The notes under the pieces: model-generated
The model's database searches: none
What the model saw: only the letters and a program-made list of their open reading frames with translations
What the model was told of the DNA's origin: nothing
Shown here: piece by piece, positions 13,001-25,000 of the stretch
How the letters are laid out: every line of letters starts with the position of its first letter
How positions within the stretch are numbered: position 1 is the first letter of the stretch
NCBI GenBank assembly: GCA_905178155.1
Contig: CAJINV010000003.1
Span: 5,484,728 to 5,545,775 of the forward strand
Reading direction: 5' to 3'
Length of the DNA: 61,048 nt
Source of the DNA: Amoebophrya sp. A120
Lineage: Eukaryota > Protista > Dinoflagellata
Made by a program: the position numbers and the translations under genes

Positions 13001-16000
13001 TTTCGTAGTATGGTATGGGCGTGCTTCTTTTTGTAGGATACCCAGGTCGCGGTGCTGAGAGCGGTGAGGGTGGCCGCTCCGCGAAACATTCCGCTGATGC
13101 TGCTCACCGCTGGCGCGCCCCAGTACCTGCGCAGCAGGGACGGGCGGACCGAGTAGGAGCTGTCCCCCAGAATGGTGGCCCCGTCGTACAGGTTCTGCAA
13201 AAGCCCCGGCCCGTGGGGATCCTGGTAGCCGACGTTCAACAGCTGCGTCCACGCGCGCTTGAACGTCGTGTATTGGTTCTCCTGTCCAGATGAAGTCCTC
13301 GAGGGCTGCCACCCGGTGGTGAGTCCGCGAAATCGCACCGTCACCACGTACTCGCCGGTCGTACTTATCGCACAGAGACAGAAAGTTAACGCTTGCCATA
13401 AGCATTCCACTTGGATTAAGAACTTTTTCGCGATAGGATACGAGAAGGACGCACGGAAGATGAAGATCTGTCCTGCAGCAGCATCTCTTGAGCAGAAAGT
13501 ACTTAGTTCCAATTACTGCCTGCCCAATATTAATGAATGTCATGACACTTCTTCATTCCTACTTTACTTTGTCAATTATTCTACCCGGGGCCATCATCAT
13601 TTCCAAATGCCAACAGCAAAGACCAAAAGGCGCGCTAAAATTTTCTGCAGGATATTCTCGTAAGTATACGAAAAAGAGGTCGTCGCAGCCACCGCGGTCC
13701 CGCTGTTTGCCGTGGCGTCCCGTGTCACATTCGGGCCACTACCGGGCACGCCCCAGTAAACCGTGACGCGGCTCGCGTTGGAGGAGCTTACAGCTTCGGG
13801 GAGAAGCGGCAGCGTCACAGTGTAAGGAACGGTGTCGATCCGGAGTTTCACGCGGAAGGGGTCCTCCTCCCCGGGACAGGCAGTGTCGGCCCCGTCCGCC
13901 GTCGTGGCCAGTTCCTCTGCCGTGGGCCCCGACAGGTCGGCAATATCGTTAAAGTGTGACTGGTCAGAGCAGACTTGATTAGCCAGAGAAGTGTCGCCGG
14001 CGGAGAACACTCCGGCGCCCTGCAGTATCGTATCGGGATCAGGTCCCAAATTCACACTCGCACGGAAGTTGAGGCCCGCCAAGTTGGGCGTGGCACAGTG
14101 CGCATTGAAAAAGAGATTCTTCACAATTCTTGCAGCAGAAACGTCCCAGAGCCCCACACATGGGACTGCCACTTTTGCGCCGCTGAACATCTGTTGCATG
14201 TTCGTAACCTTGGACACGTCCCAATGCGTCACGTTCGGTCGCGCGCTGATCGTCTTTGAAAACATGAAGCTTAAGTCCACGGCATTTCCCATCGACCACT
14301 CCCCGGTGGCGGGGTCCGCCTTCCTCGCCTCGTGGAACATCGTCTTAAAATTTGAGCCCCTGCTTGTGTCCCAGGCGGAGGTGTCCGGCGTCGCTTCCAC
14401 TGTGCCACGAAACATTTCCGCGAAATTTTCTACCTGGCCGGTGTTCCAGTTCGCGACGTCCGGGTTCACTTTCCCGGCCAATTTAAACATCCCCTCTAAA
14501 GTGGTCACGGCACCGGTCTGCCACGCGCCAAGGTTGTCGTCCGGGGGAAATTCCAGCTCAGCACAATCCTGAAACATTCCTTCAATGTATTACAGTGAAA
14601 AATGGGTCACCCTGATCCGAAGTTTCCAAATGAAAACTTTTTGTCATGCATGAAAGGAGTGCCAATCTTTCTGATGCAGAGTCTAGGCGTATCTAGCATC
14701 GCTTGCATGGCAAGCGGGAGCGCCGCTCTTGCTGGGATCTTTTGCAATACAAATATTTGCTCTTCACGATTGAAAACCTGTGACGCTGATAGATGCAAGA
14801 GGGCGAGTATTCCATTTGGAAAGGTTTGCAATACAAACGCTCCCAAGTTCTGGGGTGGGGGCATTTTTCATTGTAATACAAGGCTCTCTGCGCTGGAGAC
14901 GTCCCAACTGCCGATGCCGATGATCCGCGTGAGCTTGGTCATATGAGCAGGCACAACTCCTCCTCCCCCTCATTTGAAGGGCACGAGCAGCGGCAATAGA
15001 AACAGTGACAGAGTTACCCCTAGCGCTGTTGCTGTAGCTTTTGCATTACAAGTCCAGACGCGGACTGTATTACTGTCTGAGTTGTACTCCAGTTTGTCAT
15101 GCAAGGCAGCGCTACATAGTACAAGTACTACAAGGCAAGAGCAAGACCAAGAGCTCGAGTCGCAGCTTTGCATTACAATCAAATGAGGGGGACGGGGGGC
15201 GCTGGGCGCTCTGATAGGTCATGCCAGCGAACGCGAAGCGGAACGTCGTCACCTTGCTCACGTCCCACTGCCGAGCGTCAAGCTCGGTGATGCCGGAGTC
15301 CTGCAGGAACCGACTCATGTCCGTGTCAAGGAGAAAAATCCCCTCCCCATATCAAATTCTCTGGCGCGGGATTTCAGGACACAAATGTTGAGTCCTGTCT
15401 TGCAGTAGAGGACTGCAGGCGTATGCCAGGCCTGAGGCGCCGCGAGGTTTAATTTTGGCGTAGGCAGCTAGCATGACAAATGTCTGCGCTGTAAGCCCAG
15501 CAGCATCGCCACAATCCGCCTGCAAAGTGCGGCGGGCTCCCTGGATAATGTGCCTTCTTGCAACACAGACAGGATTTGTGGGCACAAACCTCCAGCACAA
15601 ATTTTGATTTTCAGACGGATGGCGCGCTTACAATATAACTCCTATTGCTGAGCGGTGTGAGTTAAAAGTTTGCGCCGGGAACGAAAACGATCAGCCTCGG
15701 ATTTTTTTTCGCAAGTTTAAAACTTTCAGGTTCTTCGACGAGTGTGCGAAGCTCTGTGTTCAAAAATTTTCGCACAACTTTGAAAGTTTCAGGATCTTCG
15801 AAGAAAGTGCGAAGATCGGCGTCGTTTCCTTCGGTGGGTCGTTTATTGCGGAGAATTTTTCTGGCGCGAAATTTCCGCGCGCGAAATATTTTGCCGAGCC
15901 GAATTGTTTTCCCTGGCGCCTTTTTTTTGGACAAGAATATTGCGCGCCCAAAATATTTTGGCCGCCGCGGTTTTTTTGCTGAGAGCAAATTTATTTTGCC

Positions 16001-19000
16001 CGACGAAATTTCTTCGCTGGACGCAAATTTTTTGCGGCCAATTTTTTCGCGCGCGTCCATCTCTCAACTTCCATCGCAAGCCCCATCGCCCAACTCCATC
16101 GCCCGACTCTCATTGCCCAACTCTCATCGCCCCACTTCCATCGCCCAGCGCCCCACTTCCATCGCCCAACTGACATCTTCCACCTCCGCGCTTCCGACTC
16201 CCATCGCCCAACTTCCACCGCCCAACTCCCATCGCCCAACTTTCATCGCCCAACTCCCGTCGCCTAACTTCCATCGCCCAACCCCCATCGCCCGACTTTC
16301 ATCGCCCAACTTCGTTCCCGCGCGCGAAATATTTTGGCCACTAAATTTTTCTGGCGCAAAATTTCCGCGCGCGAAATATTTTGCCGAACCGAATTATTTT
16401 CCCTGGCGCCTTTTTTTTGGACAAGAATATTGCGCGCCCAAAATATTTTGGCCGCCGCGATTTTTTTGCTGGGAGCAAATTTATTTTGCCCGACGAAATT
16501 TCTTCGCTGGGCGCAAATTTTTTGCGGCCAATTTTTTCGCGCGCGTCCATCTCTCAACTTCCATCGCAAGCCCCATCGCCCAACTCCATCGCCCGACTCT
16601 CATTGCCCAACTCTCATCGCCCCACTTCCATCGCCCAGCGCCCCACTTCCATCGCCCAACTGACATCTTCCACCTCCGCGCTTCCGACTCCCATCGCCCA
16701 ACTTCCACCGCCCAACTCCCATCGCCCAACTTTCATCGCCCAACTCCCGTCGCCTAACTTCCATCGCCCAACCCCCATCGCCCGACTTTCATCGCCCAAC
16801 TTCGTTCCCGCGCGCGAAATATTTTGGCCACTAAATTTTTCGGCGCAAAATTTCCGCGCGCGAAATATTTTGGCGAGCCAAATTTTTTCCCTGAGGTAAT
16901 TTTTTTGGCCAAGGAATTTCGCGCGCGCAAAAAATTTTGGCTGTTGGAAGTTTTTTGCTGGGGGCGAGTTTTTTTTGGCCAGCGAAATTTCCTCGCTGGA
17001 GCAAAATTTTTCGCGCCCAATCTTTTCGCGCGTCCATCTCTCAACATCCATCGCAACGCCCATCGCCCAACTCCCATCGCCCAACTCCTATCGCCCAACT
17101 CCCATCGCCCAACTCCCGTCGTCGGACTCCCATCGCCCGACCCTCAGCGCCCAACTCTCATCGCCCAACTCGCATCGCCCGACTCTCATCTTCCACCTCC
17201 GCGCGCCCAACTCCCATCGCCCAACTCCCATCGCCCAACTTCTAGCGCTCAACTCCCTTCGCCTAACTCCCATCGCCCAACTCTGTTCCCGCGCGCGAAA
17301 TATTTTGGCCGCTGGAGTTTTTCCTGCTGGAAAATTTTCCGGCGCGCGAAATTCGCGAAATTTTTTGGCCGCCGGAGTTTTTTTGGGTGCGTGGAGAAAT
17401 TTTCTTGGCGCGAATTTTTGTTCGCGCGCAATATTTTGGCCAGGACATATTTTGTCCCGAAGGAAGAATTTTTTTGCGTCGAATTTTCTCGCGGGCGCGC
17501 GAAATATTTTGGCCGCCGGGATATCTTTGCTGGATCCAAAATCTTTGCGGACAACTTTTTTGCGCCCAACTCGCGTCGCCTAACTCCCGGCGCCCAACTC
17601 CCGTCGCCCAATTCCCGTCGCCCAACTCTAATTGCCGACTTTTATACGCGACGGCTTGCGCGCGCAAGTGCTTTTGGTGGGTGTGGGGGGAGGGTGGTGG
17701 GGCTCGGCGCGCAAAAAGAAAAGGCCCAAAGCCCAAAAGCATTCGGCGCTGGCTGTCGAACGCGCTCACTCTTCTCCAGGCTTTACGACATAAGCTCGCG
17801 CCTCCCCTCGCGGGCCGTGCGTCTCTCTATCGCTCTCTCTCACTTTGAACACGCTTGGCCTGCTCCGGATTGCCGCGTCTTCCCGAGGTGCGTTCTTGCG
17901 CTTGCTTTGCTTTGTTTTTCGCGCGTCGTGTTTTCTGTGTCGTTCCCTCACTCTTCGCAAAGCCATTCGGTCCCTTCCTCGGGGATTCCAAATTCATCGG
18001 CCTCGACGAGGTTCTCCAAAGTCGTGACAGCACTATCACGATAGAAGTTAATTTGTCGCCGCCACCTCGGGCGGCTTAGCATCGTGTAAACAATTCCGTG
18101 GAGGATCCAAATCGTCGCGATCGAAATAACGTACAGAATGTGTGTCAGGCGGAGGAGCCGGGGCGGTGGTGGCTGCTAAATCGCTTCTAAATTTTGCGGG
18201 ATTTTTCAAAAACGGCCTTCCCGGGGAATATGCGAACGGCGCCGCACCTCAAAAGGGGGGAGAAGAAAAAAAGCAAAGACGAGATGGGGAAGGCAGAGGC
18301 AAATGGTGCGGGCCCGAGGAAAAGAAGACATAGGAGAAACTCCGGCGCGGCCCCCTGCGCACTGCTGGTGGGGAGAAGCCCGGAGAAGCGCTGCAAAATA
18401 CGGAGAAGCAAATCATGGGGCCGATTTCGCAGACGAGATGCGCACCTGCCCCGAAGCGCTCTAAATCGCACTCTAAATGGGTATGCTAAATGGGGGCTCT
18501 AAATCGAGCCCCTCTAAATGGCATGCTAAATGGGGGCCCTAAATCAAGCCCCTCTAAATGGCATGCTAAATGAGCATGCTAAATGAGGGCTCTAAGTCGC
18601 ATGCTAAATCGCATGCTAAATCGACCCTCTAAATCGCATGCTAAACCAGGCCTCTAAGTGGCCTGCTATAGCATGCGGGAAAACACCCTGTCGGAGCACC
18701 GCGAAATTACCCAAAACCCGAAAACCTTCCCGAAAGCACTGCGCTTCGGGATTTAGCGCAATCTCGCGGGGTGCCGAAAAGGTGTTTTCCCGCAGGACGC
18801 GGCGTCACAATGTCAAGAACTTCGGGTTTGCAACGCCGGAGCGGAAGGTCCGACCAAAACAGCGACACAAGGACTGTCCGGAAAAGGACCGGACAACAAG
18901 GCGCCCAACCCCCCGACGAAAGCATGGACGAAAAGCAAAAAGGAACAACGCGCCCGGGGTCACCCAACAAAAAAACCAACGTCCCCCTCGACCAGGTGAA

Positions 19001-22000
19001 GGCCACGACACCTGGAAAAGACACCCGAGACAGGGGCGCCGGCGCCCTGGAATATGGAAAACGATACCCAAGGAAACGGCCCAAATTTTTAAATTTTAAT
19101 TTTTGCCCACACGCCAACACGTCCCCCAGGTGGTACACGGGCCCGGCGCGAGCAGTTGGCCCGGCCAGCGGGGCAGGCAACTCACCAAGCGGGGCCACCG
19201 CGGCGGCGCGGCCCGACTTTGCAAAGCCCTCCAGAAGGGGCGCGCCCCACTGCGCATGGTTTTGGGAAATCCCGGAAAATTTAGAAGATATTTAGCAGCT
19301 TTCCCCGCCCCGGAGCCCTCCGACTGATGTGTGGCAACACGGTTCGGCCCTGAAAACTGTGAATCGTGCTGACCACGCACGGCCGGACGCCGATCGCAAG
19401 CACTAACCAGCGCGACGCGGGGTCTCCGTCGCAATCTTCCTGCCAGGTGCTGTTGAGGGGGACCGGTTCTTCGCATCCGTCCACGTCGAAACGCACGTCC
19501 ACAAATGTGCGGCCGAACCCTCGAACAGTTCCGCGCGAATTTGTGGCGTACGTTTTCCCGAGTAGCCGGAGCGGACCAGTTAAGGCGATGCGCTCGCCTA
19601 AGAAGAGCTCGAGTTTTTCAGATTTGGTGGATTCTTCTTCGTCAAACCCCTCCATGAGGGGGTTTTGCAGATTGAGCAACCGCGGGCAGTAAGTTCGGCA
19701 CGTCGCACCCTTTGCACGCAGCGCCCGCGCTCGCACCGCAAGAACACGGCGCCGCTCTCGGTGGCACCCGACCACGATTTCCACGCCGTTGACTGCTTCA
19801 ATGCCGCAAGGCGCGCCGCGTATTCTTTCATCCAGCCACTGATAAGAATACTCGACGTCCTCCGCCCCCACTCTTCCAAACGTGGTCAGGTCGATTTCTT
19901 TCGTTTCACCAGTTCGCACCCGATCAAGCTCGCGGCTCCACTCTTCCTCGAAGAAGCGCGGACTGCATCCGCCGTTGTCGATGCGCACGCGCCGAAACCG
20001 CGCGAGATTTTGCACAAAGTGCGCAAATGGGCGAGAGGTAGGCCCGAGAAAAGAGTCCATGGACCGGAACACTCGCACGACGCTCGCAAGCTGATACGTG
20101 TCGCAAAAAAAGAAAACGCGCTTCCCGCCCCAAAGTTTTGCCGGCTCATCCGCACTGGCAAGATTTTGCAGCTGCTCCCAGTGCAACGCCTCCCGGCCAA
20201 TATTTTCTGCGCAGCGGGTACACCACTCCGCGTTCGCCATGGCAACCTCATCGATTACGACCCAGTCCGCGGCTCCTACGAGGGCGCGCTGCTCCTCGCT
20301 CCAGGCCGCGCTGTCCTCAAGGTCAATAGTCAACCCGCAGCCGTCATGCATCGTCTTGCCGTTGATGATGGTCGCTGCTTGCCCCGTTGCGGCAAGGATC
20401 ACGATGATGAGTTTCCTTTCGTACGCTATAAGCTCCAGAGCGCGAATTATCTTGGCCTTGCCCGCTCCTGCCGGTTCGTTGCAAGTCATCAGGTCTGCCG
20501 CGCCTTCGTCTCCTGGGTCTTCGTCGACGATTTGGTAGAGGGCAGCCTTCTGGCCCGGCATCAGCTCCAAGGCGTTTGGGTTGGCGCCGTGTAGCAAATC
20601 AGCCAGCTCGCGCGCGTGTTCCTGGCGCTTTTCCCTGTTACGGGCGTGGTAACATTTGATATAGTGGCGCCGCTGCTCCAGCTCGCTACCAAATTGCTGC
20701 AGGTGCGCCCCTGCCTCTGGCAGCGTCATTCGAATGATGTGCCTGTCTACCCCATCGCGCTCGAGCCTTTTGGCGATGACATCTAGCGGGATGCCATGCT
20801 CTGCCACAAGCCAGTCCCATGCTGCTCGCCGGGCTTCGGTGTCGAAGTTCAGAAAATACTTGACGAACAACGTAAGCAGTCCACTCTGCGGCCGGAGCTG
20901 GTGCACTTCGTCGAGGAAGTTGCGAAAAGCAAAACGCTTCATATGGGCGGGATAGTTCCACCGTGCCATGCTTGCTTCAGGGTCGTCGAAATACTCCTGA
21001 ACGTCCGCGCGGTTCACTAAATGCAATCCGCACAACCAAAGCAGGTAAGTGTCGTCGTGGTGGTCTGCACGAAGATGGAAGACATTGCGCGCGGGGTCAA
21101 GATTCGCGAGCATTTTGTCGGTCTGCTGGAGCGCCAGACTCGCGCCCGCGATTGCCACCCGGTTCGCAACCAAATAACAGCGAAAGGCCTGCAGCTGGGT
21201 GAGCTCTGTTACGACGCCGAGCCGGTTGGGGGCCGTGAACTCCTCTTCGTGCAGGTGCTCATGCCATTGGGCATACACCTCAACAAAGCGCCGCGCCCCG
21301 GTGCTCCTGGTGTTCAACGTGAAACGCTCGAGAGACCACGCGGCGTACTTTTCCGGGCGGTCCAGCCAGTTATTGACCGCGTCGGCCGCCGTCGCGTTAC
21401 CAATGAAGAGGGGCGCGTCCTCGATTCGCTTGCGGTCCACTATCACCGTCACCAGCCGTCCCCTCGGGAGGTGCACGCCGAATCGCGACACCCCATACAA
21501 ATCCGCCGCGGCTTCCGAAGCTGGCAAGACTTGCGCGGAATGCAGCGTCTTTATCTCATCGAACCCGCCTTCCTGCTCGAACATTTGCCAAGAACCTTGA
21601 TCCGAATCACGGCCGAGCGGCTTGACTTTCTTAATCGGGTACGTGATCACATAGCGAATTTTGTTCGCCCCACCGACTCCATTTGCGTGCGTGTGCGCCA
21701 AAAACCGACAGAAAGTCTTCTTATCGATCCCGACACACATTTCGTCGCCCTCTTTCGTTTCGATCTGCAGGAAACCCTTTTCATCGAGATACGTTTCGGC
21801 GACAAGCGCAGCCGGGCAAAGTTTCTTACACTGAACGCGCCCCGGCACCCGGCAGGCATCCGTGTGATGGTGATAGAAAACACGATCGGCAGTCTCGCGC
21901 CAGCGCCCACATTCTTCAGGAATCCAGTCCCGGCTTCGCTCGATAAATTCATCAAACGCCGTGGCAGTCAGGAGCGGGTCGGCAAACCAGGTAAGGCTGT

Positions 22001-25000
22001 GCCGGTGTGGCCGGCCCTGGGTTGGCTGCGGTTCGTCGCCCCAAGTAATCGCTGCCGTTTCGCCGTACAGACTCTCCACCTCTTCGACATGCTTGCGCAT
22101 TTTCGCCTGGAACGCGCGCACGCTCGGGCACGGCTCATCGAGAACGGGGCAAGATTTCCACGGCCGCCGCTCCGCTTCTGCTCGCATTTCTACCATGTCG
22201 TCGCCCTGCGTGGCCGTTGTCATCAGGTCAGCAGCCCCAAGCTTGCGCATGATCGCAAACGCCTTGCACCGCTGCGCGTTGACTTCTTCTAATGAGCCCG
22301 GAATGTTGGCGGGAAGGCGTTTCGGCAGTGCGCCGTCGTGGCTCGCCGCGTAGTGTGCCTGATACGCCAAGACGAGGCGCTGCCGTTTGTTCAAGGCGTA
22401 GCGGAGCAGAAGCACCTGGTGCAAATCATACAACACGGGCGCCGTCATTTCGGGGCGGGCAAAATACTGCCGCAGAAAACTTTCGAGCGATACGCCCTGC
22501 GGTAGCGACAATCCGTTGACAAACAAAAGCGGGAACTCAACCCCTAGCAGCGACTCCCACAATTTGGTCAATTCCTCACGCTTGATGTGCATGCGCCCCG
22601 CGTCCAAGTCGTTTTCTCGCTTCGTAGGGAAGAAAATCTCCGCCCCGTTTCGCATGTGCGCAGGCCCAAGGCGGCAAGTCACTCCACAGACGCCCCCGGC
22701 ATCCACCCAGCTCCAAACCAAGGCCCGCGACCGGGTCCGGATCTAATAAATAACGCCGAAACTGCGGATGGTTGTACACCGGGTGCCCGCCGTCGGGGCG
22801 CGCCAGTAGCTCAAACATGGCGAGCGCGTCCCGTTTGTCTGCCGCGGCCGGTCGCGGTCGCCCTTGGCCTAAAGAGACTGCGACGCTAATTCCCAAATTT
22901 TCGGCGAGGTAATTCGGACACTACAATCCCGCCCCGAAAGCAAACAACTGCGCAGCATGCGGAAAACGGTCGCTCGGCCGCCCCATGTACTTGCGCGCGC
23001 GCCCCGTATGCTGCCGCACGTTTCCAGGCTCAAATTGATACCGCATCATCGAGACGGCGTCGCTGGCGCGGGCGTACCGCGTTGCCGCATTTTCGACGCC
23101 ATCCCATTCGTTCGGGTAATCCTCGCGCCCTGCTATCAAATCGCTCCAGAATTCCTCCGACAAAGCTTCGGAGCCGTTTTTGCAGAGCGTGCAAGTTAAC
23201 TGCTCCCCCGAGTGCTCGCAGAAAGTCGCCTCTGTATTTTCGTACACCCGAACCGCGCACCACTTACAGGGCACAGCAGCCGCCGCCATTTCTTCGAAGA
23301 GGTTCGGCGGCCGGGGCGTTTGAAATTCTGGCGCCGCGAAGGCATTCGAGCGGATGGCGCACGGCCTGCAGAGATTGTCGCAACGAGCCGGCCCGCGCTG
23401 CGCCTTTCATAAACAAATCACATTTCATGTGCAATTTTTAGTCGATCGCTTTCGAACCAAAATTTTTGAGCCGGAAAATTTGTATTGCACACTGAACAAG
23501 CAACTTTAGGACCAGCAATTTCTACTGCACAGTGGAACTGCAATTTTTGAACACCGAACTTTCGACATTTTGAACTTTCAGCTTCTTTTTGTCACTTCGT
23601 GCATCATCACATTATTTGATTTCAGGACATGATCATCACATTATAACTTCATGCGAAAACTAATTTCGAGCGACGTTCTTCACCACTTCCCACCCCATCT
23701 CTTCCTTTTTTCTTTCCCCCTTCGCAAACTCGTTTACCCTCCCCTTGCACGACATAAGCTGTCCCCTTGTAATTTATGGGAAGGGGCGATTTTTCATGAC
23801 AGTAGTCCGTTACGAGCGACCAGTCTGTTTTGGCGAACGCGGAGGTGGCGTTTATGGTAACCACCCCCGAGGTGCTATCCTAAGCAAAAACGTCCCCACC
23901 CCACAGTCAAGCTGGGAATCTAGTAGCAACACAAGTCTTCAAGTTTTGGGAGCTGTGCATGACAAGTTTCCCTCTGCAGTGTAGTGCTGGTCGGCAAGGA
24001 AAGCCGCATGAGAAAGCCATTTATTTCTCATCCTGTTTACAGCATTACAAATTTCAAAATACGATACCATTGGAAAAAATGCCTCTTATGGCGCTGCGCA
24101 TTGCAAATGTTCCTGTCAACCTTCTTGCCCATTTGCATGACAACTCTGGAGTGGGGACGTTTTTACTCAGGATAGGTGCCGCTGAGGAGATTTGGAAGTA
24201 CGTACCCGTAGGAGGAGCCAAAAGATTCTACGCTGCGCAGCGCGTCGCGCCAGTTTTGCAGGTAGGCAGCGGTTATTAAATGCAAAAATGTCTGGGTCTG
24301 GAAGTGAAGAGTCATGCTGTTTGTGCACGACACAGAAGGTGGTCTGGCATGGAAGCTCTAGCATCACAGGTTTCGAGAAGCTTCCGCAATGCCGGATCCG
24401 CATGACAAATCCCCCATTTTGGTGACAGAAATAAGTGGGCAGCTTTTGCTACCTATGCATGAGAGATTTTTCTGTGTTCTGAAATGCGCATCACAAGTTG
24501 CATCCTTCCAACCCAGACATTTTCGCAGTGGATAGCGTTGAAGCCGGCGGGCGCGGCGACCGTGGGATCCTGCCACCCCAGAAGACGGCCCCGAATCGTC
24601 ACCGCGTACTATTAAAGTGAAAAAAGCCCCCACACCATATCGAGTGACGCATGCTGTATTTCAGTAAGTACACAAATCCAATTTGTGTTGCAGCAGAGCA
24701 CTGCACGCAGCTCGCAAGCCTAGGTAGGGGCCTCTTGGTGTAGGCGCCTAGCATGGTAGACGGCTGCCCTGTAGTAGACCCTACAGCGTTATAAATCGCC
24801 TGCATAACGTGCCGGGCAGCCTGGACATGGCAAGCCTTCTTGCAAGACAGACGCGATTTGTGGTCACAAATCTGCATCACAAGTTTTCAGATGGGTGCGC
24901 TTTCAATATGGGGAGGGGGGATTTTTCCTTACGATACGTACTCCCTATCAAATACAAGTCGTGTGGCTGGGTCTGCAAAAGTGCATGATCAACGTTGGCG

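Larger units (their letters stand above)
10980..14585. repeat. Near-identical tandem duplication, offset 2061 bp (10980-12524 vs 13041-14585)
   Basis: Direct comparison shows only a handful of substitutions; includes an identical intron. Confidence 0.95.
15615..23771 (-). mobile_element. Helitron (rolling-circle transposon), ends approximate
   Basis: RepHel ORF plus tandem arrays interrupting a B introner near its right TIR; no TSD seen. Confidence 0.85.
15324..23804. mobile_element. Introner family B expanded to 8.5 kb by a nested Helitron
   Basis: B-type ends; TSD gtccg/gtccg; spliced join DWSLVTD|MSRFLQ. Confidence 0.88.

Noticed and set aside
15744-18044. 337-aa and 406-aa ORFs
   Set aside because: Translations of the stop-poor satellite.
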